Source of the DNA: a virus | Taxonomy: Duplodnaviria > Heunggongvirae > Uroviricota > Caudoviricetes | Virus record (IMG/VR): IMGVR_UViG_2695420456_000012 | Direction: 5' to 3' (one strand) | Length of the DNA stretch: 4,159 nucleotides | In this document: positions 1 through 4,159 of the stretch, piece after piece | How the letters are laid out: each line of letters opens with the position of its first letter | How positions within the stretch are numbered: position 1 is the stretch's first letter | Program-made: the position numbers and the translations under genes | The notes under the pieces: model-generated | Seen by the model: only the letters and a program-made list of their open reading frames with translations | Told to the model about the DNA's origin: nothing | The model's database searches: none

Positions 1-2115
1 TACAGCGGCATCTGGGACGGCAGCCTGAAACCGGCATACAGCAACAACCCGGCCTGGTGCCTGTGGGACATGCTGACTCACCCGCGCTACGGCATGGGAA
101 AACGTCTGGTGGCGGCGGATGTGGACAAGTGGGCGCTGTATGCCATCGGGCAGTACTGCGACCAGACGGTCCCGGATGGTTTCGGGGGCACAGAGCCGCG
201 GATGACCTTTAATGCGTACCTGTCACAACAGCGTAAGGCGTGGGACGTTCTCAGTGATTTCTGCTCGGCGATGCGCTGTATGCCGGTATGGAACGGGCAG
301 ACGCTGACGTTTGTGCAGGACCGTCCGTCAGATGTGGTGTGGCCCTACACAAACAGTGATGTGGTGGCTGACAATGAAGGTGTGGGATTCCGCTACAGTT
401 TCAGCGCCCTGAAGGACCGTCATACTGCGGTGGAGGTCAGTTACGTCGACCCGCATAACGGCTGGCAGACCTCCACGGAACTGGTGGAAGACCCGGAAGC
501 CATACTGCGCTACGGACGCAACCTGCTGAAGATGGATGCGTTCGGCTGCACCAGTCGCGGTCAGGCCCACCGTGCCGGGCTGTGGGTGATAAAGACCGGA
601 CTGCTGGAAACGCAGACGGTGGATTTCACGCTCGGGTCACAGGGGCTGCGTCACACACCCGGTGACATTATTGAAATCTGTGATAACGACTATGCCGGGA
701 CCATGACCGGCGGACGTGTCCTGTCCATCGATGCCGCCAGCCGCACCCTGACGCTGGACCGTGAGGTGACACTGCCGGAGACCGGTGCCGCCACGGTGAA
801 CCTGATTAACGGCAGCGGTAAGCCGGTGAGTGTGGACATCACCGCACACCCCGCGCCGGACCGGATACAGGTCAGCACCCTGCCTGATGGTGTGGAGACA
901 TACGGTGTATGGGGACTATCCCTGCCGTCACTGCGCCGTCGCCTGTTCCGCTGTGTCTCCGTCCGGGAAAACACGGACGGCACCTTTGCCATCACGGCGG
1001 TGCAGCACGTACCGGAAAAAGAAGCCATCGTGGATAACGGGGCCAGCTTTGAGCCGCAGTCAGGCACCCTGAACAGCGTTATTCCACCGGCAGTGCAGCA
1101 CCTGACGGTGGAGGTGAGCGCGGCTGACGGTCAGTATCTGGCACAGGCGAAATGGGACACGCCGCGGGTGGTGAAGGGTGTGCGCTTCAGTCTGCGCCTG
1201 ACCAGCGGAAGCGGAGAAGACAGCCGTCTGGTGACCACCGCCATCACTGCGGATACAGAGCATCGTTTCAGTGGTCTGCCGCTCGGGGAATACACCCTGA
1301 CAGTCAGGGCGATTAACAGTTATGGCCAGCAGGGCGAACCGGCCACCACCACCTTCCGGATTAACGCGCCAGCAAAACCCGCCACGATTGAGCTGACACC
1401 GGGCTATTTTCAGATAACAGCGGTCCCGCGTCTTGCGGTGTATGACCCGACGGTACAGTTTGAGTTCTGGTTTTCGGAGGCAAAAATCGCAGACACATCT
1501 CAGGTGGAAACCTCTGCCCGTTATCTGGGGACCGGCAGTCAGTGGAGTGTATCCGGCCCGCACATTAAGCCCGGGAAGGATTTCTGGTTTTACGTGCGCA
1601 GCGTCAACCTGGTGGGGAAATCTGCTTTTGTGAAAGCCAGTGGCCGGGCCAGCAATGATGCAGAAGGGTATCTGGGGCTGTTTCGGGAAAAAATAGGAAA
1701 ACTGCATCTGGCTCAGGGGCTGTGGGAGCTGATAGACAACAGCCAGCTTGCGGATGAGATGGCGGAGATGAAGACCACCATCACCGAAACCCGCAATGAA
1801 ATCACACAGACGGTCAGTAAAACGCTGGAAGACCAGAGCGCCACCATTCAGCAGATACAGCGCGTGCAGAAGGACACAAATGATGACCTGGCTGCGCTGT
1901 ACATGCTGAAGGTTCAAAAAACGAAAGACGGCATTCCCTATGTGGCCGGGATTGGTGCAGGGATTGAGGATACTGATGGCCAGCCACTGAGCAACATACT
2001 GCTGCTGGCTGACCGTATCGCGATGATAAATCCGGAGAATCCGGGAAAACACGGACGGCACCTTTGCCATCACGGCGGTGCAGCACGTACCGGAAAAAGA
2101 AGCCATCGTGGATAA
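1..2115 (+). CDS. J: Host specificity protein J (tail tip / central tail fiber), 5'-partial. It reads in frame 1 from the window start through repeat copy 1, then shifts frame at the duplication junction (~2039) and ends after 25 out-of-frame codons at TGA 2113..2115.
   Basis: Frame 1 is open from position 1 ([36 protein letters not shown]...), upstream of the ATG at 70 reported by the ORF track. The translation closely resembles lambda gpJ from about residue 265 onward as I recall it (e.g. [99 protein letters not shown]). The tail ...MINPE|[25 protein letters not shown] is the out-of-frame reading of copy 2. Confidence 0.85.
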   Translation, partial: YSGIWDGSLKPAYSNNPAWCLWDMLTHPRYGMGKRLVAADVDKWALYAIGQYCDQTVPDGFGGTEPRMTFNAYLSQQRKAWDVLSDFCSAMRCMPVWNGQTLTFVQDRPSDVVWPYTNSDVVADNEGVGFRYSFSALKDRHTAVEVSYVDPHNGWQTSTELVEDPEAILRYGRNLLKMDAFGCTSRGQAHRAGLWVIKTGLLETQTVDFTLGSQGLRHTPGDIIEICDNDYAGTMTGGRVLSIDAASRTLTLDREVTLPETGAATVNLINGSGKPVSVDITAHPAPDRIQVSTLPDGVETYGVWGLSLPSLRRRLFRCVSVRENTDGTFAITAVQHVPEKEAIVDNGASFEPQSGTLNSVIPPAVQHLTVEVSAADGQYLAQAKWDTPRVVKGVRFSLRLTSGSGEDSRLVTTAITADTEHRFSGLPLGEYTLTVRAINSYGQQGEPATTTFRINAPAKPATIELTPGYFQITAVPRLAVYDPTVQFEFWFSEAKIADTSQVETSARYLGTGSQWSVSGPHIKPGKDFWFYVRSVNLVGKSAFVKASGRASNDAEGYLGLFREKIGKLHLAQGLWELIDNSQLADEMAEMKTTITETRNEITQTVSKTLEDQSATIQQIQRVQKDTNDDLAALYMLKVQKTKDGIPYVAGIGAGIEDTDGQPLSNILLLADRIAMINPENPGKHGRHLCHHGGAARTGKRSHRG
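962..2038 (+). repeat. Direct tandem repeat, copy 1 (1077 bp = 359 codons) internal to J.
   Basis: Base-by-base comparison with 2040..3116 at offset 1078 shows identity except at 6 positions (1179, 1206, 1215, 1219, 1227, 1311). The ORF track independently shows it: identical 66-aa + ORFs at 1433..1633 and 2511..2711, and near-identical minus-strand ORFs at 1060..2145 and 2138..2995. Confidence 0.95.
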
Positions 2116-3116
2116 CGGGGCCAGCTTTGAGCCGCAGTCAGGCACCCTGAACAGCGTTATTCCACCGGCAGTGCAGCACCTGACGGTGGAGGTGAGCGCG
2201 GCTGACGGTCAGTATCTGGCACAGGCGAAATGGGACACGCCGCGGGTGGTGAAGGGGGTGCGCTTCAGTCTGCGCCTGACCAGTGGAAGCGGTGAAAACA
2301 GCCGCCTGGTGACCACCGCCATCACTGCGGATACAGAGCATCGTTTCAGTGGTCTGCCGCTCGGGGAATACACCCTGACAGTCAGGGCAATTAACAGTTA
2401 TGGCCAGCAGGGCGAACCGGCCACCACCACCTTCCGGATTAACGCGCCAGCAAAACCCGCCACGATTGAGCTGACACCGGGCTATTTTCAGATAACAGCG
2501 GTCCCGCGTCTTGCGGTGTATGACCCGACGGTACAGTTTGAGTTCTGGTTTTCGGAGGCAAAAATCGCAGACACATCTCAGGTGGAAACCTCTGCCCGTT
2601 ATCTGGGGACCGGCAGTCAGTGGAGTGTATCCGGCCCGCACATTAAGCCCGGGAAGGATTTCTGGTTTTACGTGCGCAGCGTCAACCTGGTGGGGAAATC
2701 TGCTTTTGTGAAAGCCAGTGGCCGGGCCAGCAATGATGCAGAAGGGTATCTGGGGCTGTTTCGGGAAAAAATAGGAAAACTGCATCTGGCTCAGGGGCTG
2801 TGGGAGCTGATAGACAACAGCCAGCTTGCGGATGAGATGGCGGAGATGAAGACCACCATCACCGAAACCCGCAATGAAATCACACAGACGGTCAGTAAAA
2901 CGCTGGAAGACCAGAGCGCCACCATTCAGCAGATACAGCGCGTGCAGAAGGACACAAATGATGACCTGGCTGCGCTGTACATGCTGAAGGTTCAAAAAAC
3001 GAAAGACGGCATTCCCTATGTGGCCGGGATTGGTGCAGGGATTGAGGATACTGATGGCCAGCCACTGAGCAACATACTGCTGCTGGCTGACCGTATCGCG
3101 ATGATAAATCCGGAGA
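2040..3116 (+). repeat. Direct tandem repeat, copy 2 (1077 bp). Its 3' end runs seamlessly into the downstream J sequence (GCGGCAACAGC from 3117).
   Basis: Same comparison as copy 1. Sequence flanking the pair is unique: 5' of 962 is ...CTGTGTCTCCG and 3' of 3116 is GCGGCAACAGCACG... A single A at 2039 separates the copies. Confidence 0.95.
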
Positions 3117-3787
3117 GCGGCAACAGCACGCCGTTATTTGTGGCGCAGGGGAATCAGTTGTTCATGAACGATGTGTTCCTGAAGCGGCTGTTTGCGGTGA
3201 GTATCACCTCGTCCGCCAATCCCCCGACGTTTTCCCTGACGCCGGAGGGCAGGCTGACCGCAAGAAATGCTGATATCAGCGGTAACGTGAATGCGAATTC
3301 CGGGACGCTCAACAACGTCACGATTAACGAGAACTGTCGGGTTCTGGGAAAACTGTCCGCGAACCAGATTGAAGGCGATCTCGTTAAAACAGTGGGCAAA
3401 GCTTTCCCCCGGGATTCCCGTGCACCGGAGCGGTGGCCATCAGGGACCATTACCGTCAGGGTTTATGACGATCAGCCGTTTGACCGGCAAATTGTTATTC
3501 CGGCGGTGGCATTCAGCGGCGCTAAACATGAGAGAGAGCATACTGATATTTACTCCTCATGCCGTCTGATAGTGCGGAAAAACGGTGCTGAAATTTATAA
3601 CCGTACCGCGCTGGATAATACGCTGATTTACAGTGGCGTTATTGATATGCCTGCCGGTCACGGTCACATGACGCTGGAGTTTTCGGTGTCAGCATGGCTG
3701 GTAAATAACTGGTATCCCACAGCAAGTATCAGCGATCTGCTGGTTGTGGTGATGAAAAAATCCACAGCAGGTATCAGTATCAGCTGA
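2078..3787 (+). CDS. J: Host specificity protein J, C-terminal portion in frame +2: repeat copy 2 (two fibronectin-III-like domains plus a helical segment) followed by the distal receptor-binding region. Probably not a free-standing gene; it is the continuation of J displaced by the 1078-bp duplication.
   Basis: Frame 2 is open from 2030 (just after TGA 2024..2026 and TAA 2027..2029) to TGA 3785..3787. The first possible start codon is GTG 2078, which has no Shine-Dalgarno sequence at a usable spacing. After the repeat, the translation continues with [25 protein letters not shown]...[24 protein letters not shown]...PFDRQIV...[15 protein letters not shown]...ISIS*, which matches the C-terminal layout of lambda gpJ as I recall it ([48 protein letters not shown]) but with a divergent extreme C-terminus. 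Confidence 0.8.
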   Translation: MQHVPEKEAIVDNGASFEPQSGTLNSVIPPAVQHLTVEVSAADGQYLAQAKWDTPRVVKGVRFSLRLTSGSGENSRLVTTAITADTEHRFSGLPLGEYTLTVRAINSYGQQGEPATTTFRINAPAKPATIELTPGYFQITAVPRLAVYDPTVQFEFWFSEAKIADTSQVETSARYLGTGSQWSVSGPHIKPGKDFWFYVRSVNLVGKSAFVKASGRASNDAEGYLGLFREKIGKLHLAQGLWELIDNSQLADEMAEMKTTITETRNEITQTVSKTLEDQSATIQQIQRVQKDTNDDLAALYMLKVQKTKDGIPYVAGIGAGIEDTDGQPLSNILLLADRIAMINPESGNSTPLFVAQGNQLFMNDVFLKRLFAVSITSSANPPTFSLTPEGRLTARNADISGNVNANSGTLNNVTINENCRVLGKLSANQIEGDLVKTVGKAFPRDSRAPERWPSGTITVRVYDDQPFDRQIVIPAVAFSGAKHEREHTDIYSSCRLIVRKNGAEIYNRTALDNTLIYSGVIDMPAGHGHMTLEFSVSAWLVNNWYPTASISDLLVVVMKKSTAGISIS

Positions 3788-3805
3788 ATTTTATAACCCA
3801 GAACG

Positions 3806-3832
3806 GGCGTCAGAAATGACGCCTTTTTTATT
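3806..3832 (+). terminator. Rho-independent terminator downstream of J.
   Basis: GGCGTCA (3806..3812) pairs with TGACGCC (3817..3823) as a perfect 7-bp GC-rich stem with a GAAA tetraloop (3813..3816), followed by TTTTTTATT (3824..3832). It lies 19 nt after the J stop codon. Confidence 0.8.
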
Positions 3833-3842
3833 GCAGAAAAGC

Positions 3843-3848
3843 GAGAGG
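3843..3848 (+). promoter_or_regulatory. Shine-Dalgarno sequence for lom.
   Basis: GAGAGG at 3843..3848, 5 nt upstream of ATG 3854. Confidence 0.6.
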
Positions 3849-3853
3849 TAATT

Positions 3854-4159
3854 ATGCGTAAACTTTATGCCGCCATTTTGTCCGCAGCCATTTGTCTGAC
3901 CGTATCCGGTGCGCCTGCATGGGCGTCTGAACATCAGTCCACGCTGAGCGCGGGGTATCTTCATGCCCGGACGAACGCTACCGGTAGCGATAATCTTAAC
4001 GGGATTAACGTGAAATACCGTTATGAATTCACGGACACGCTGGGGCTGGTGACGTCATTCAGCTATGCAGGAGACAGGAATCGCCAGATTACCCGTTACA
4101 GCGATACCCGCTGGCATGAAGATTCCGTGCGTAACCGCTGGTTCAGCGTAATGGCGGGG
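3854..4159 (+). CDS. lom: Lom outer membrane protein (Ail/Lom/PagC-family 8-stranded beta-barrel, lysogenic-conversion protein), 3'-partial. A predicted signal peptide occupies the first ~24 codons.
   Basis: ATG at 3854 with an upstream SD; the frame is open to the window end (102 codons). Translation: [24 protein letters not shown]|[78 protein letters not shown]. It has a basic N-terminus, a hydrophobic core and an AWA-type signal-peptidase site. It is near-identical to lambda Lom as I recall it, and sits immediately downstream of J as in lambda. Confidence 0.9.
   Translation, partial: MRKLYAAILSAAICLTVSGAPAWASEHQSTLSAGYLHARTNATGSDNLNGINVKYRYEFTDTLGLVTSFSYAGDRNRQITRYSDTRWHEDSVRNRWFSVMAG

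Noticed and set aside
100-120. Chi recombination hotspot (GCTGGTGG) candidates such as TCTGGTGG near 104..112 and CCTGGTGG near 1608..1616.
   Set aside because: None is an exact Chi octamer on either strand in my scan; the near-matches differ at the first base.
2038-2052. Programmed ribosomal frameshift at the junction; GGGAAAAC resembles a slippery motif.
   Set aside because: Rejoining the downstream J frame needs a +1 shift, not the -1 shift that X-XXY-YYZ motifs promote. In the incoming frame the motif is read as CCG-GGA-AAA-CAC, which is not in the required register. No downstream stimulatory structure or rare or stop codon is evident.
2078-2080. GTG 2078 as an independent translation start for a separate C-terminal fiber protein.
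   Set aside because: There is no Shine-Dalgarno sequence at appropriate spacing (the only purine-rich stretch abuts the GTG directly), and the upstream frame-2 sequence from 2030 is open and continuous with repeat-derived J coding sequence, so this is a displaced continuation of J rather than a true start.
1060-2995. Long minus-strand ORFs (1060..2145, 361 aa; 2138..2995, 285 aa; also 690..1067, 328..570, 637..849).
   Set aside because: They are antisense to a strongly supported J coding frame, have Arg/Cys/His-rich low-complexity translations typical of spurious ORFs in GC-rich coding DNA, have no SD or start context, and their similarity to each other simply reflects the tandem duplication.
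962-3116. Diversity-generating retroelement (template/variable repeat pair) in a tail-fiber gene.
   Set aside because: DGR repeats are about 100..150 bp with adenine-specific substitutions in the variable copy and an adjacent reverse transcriptase. Here the repeat is 1077 bp, the six differences are not adenine-specific (T/G, C/T, A/T, G/A, T/C, G/A), and no reverse transcriptase is present.
962-3116. CRISPR array or insertion sequence.
   Set aside because: There are only two very long repeat copies with no spacers; no terminal inverted repeats, transposase gene or target-site duplication; and the repeat content is bona fide J coding sequence.
830-3569. Short plus-strand ORFs in alternative frames (830..1072, 1433..1633, 2511..2711, 3291..3569) and minus-strand ORFs 1814..2086 and 3154..3450.
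   Set aside because: They are embedded out of frame within J, have no translation signals and implausible composition. The identical pair 1433..1633 and 2511..2711 is a by-product of the repeat.

Overview
The window is the late (tail) region of a lambda-like (lambdoid) enterobacterial phage or prophage, all on the + strand. It holds the 3' two-thirds of the host-specificity / tail-tip fiber gene J (entering from upstream of the window), an intrinsic terminator, and the start of the lysogenic-conversion outer-membrane protein gene lom (running off the 3' end). The striking feature is a near-perfect direct tandem duplication of about 1.08 kb inside J (962..2038 and 2040..3116, period 1078 bp). 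The period is not a multiple of 3, so J as written is split: the incoming frame terminates at 2115, and the remainder, including the C-terminal receptor-binding region, continues in frame +2 to the stop at 3785..3787. The repeat unit itself is 1077 bp (359 codons) and a single extra A at 2039 is what breaks the frame. The two copies differ at only 6 positions, all within a ~133-bp patch. This may be a real module duplication that lengthens the fiber, a pseudogenising rearrangement, or an assembly or sequencing artefact; the sequence alone cannot decide. Protein identifications rest on my recollection of lambda J and Lom, not on a database search.
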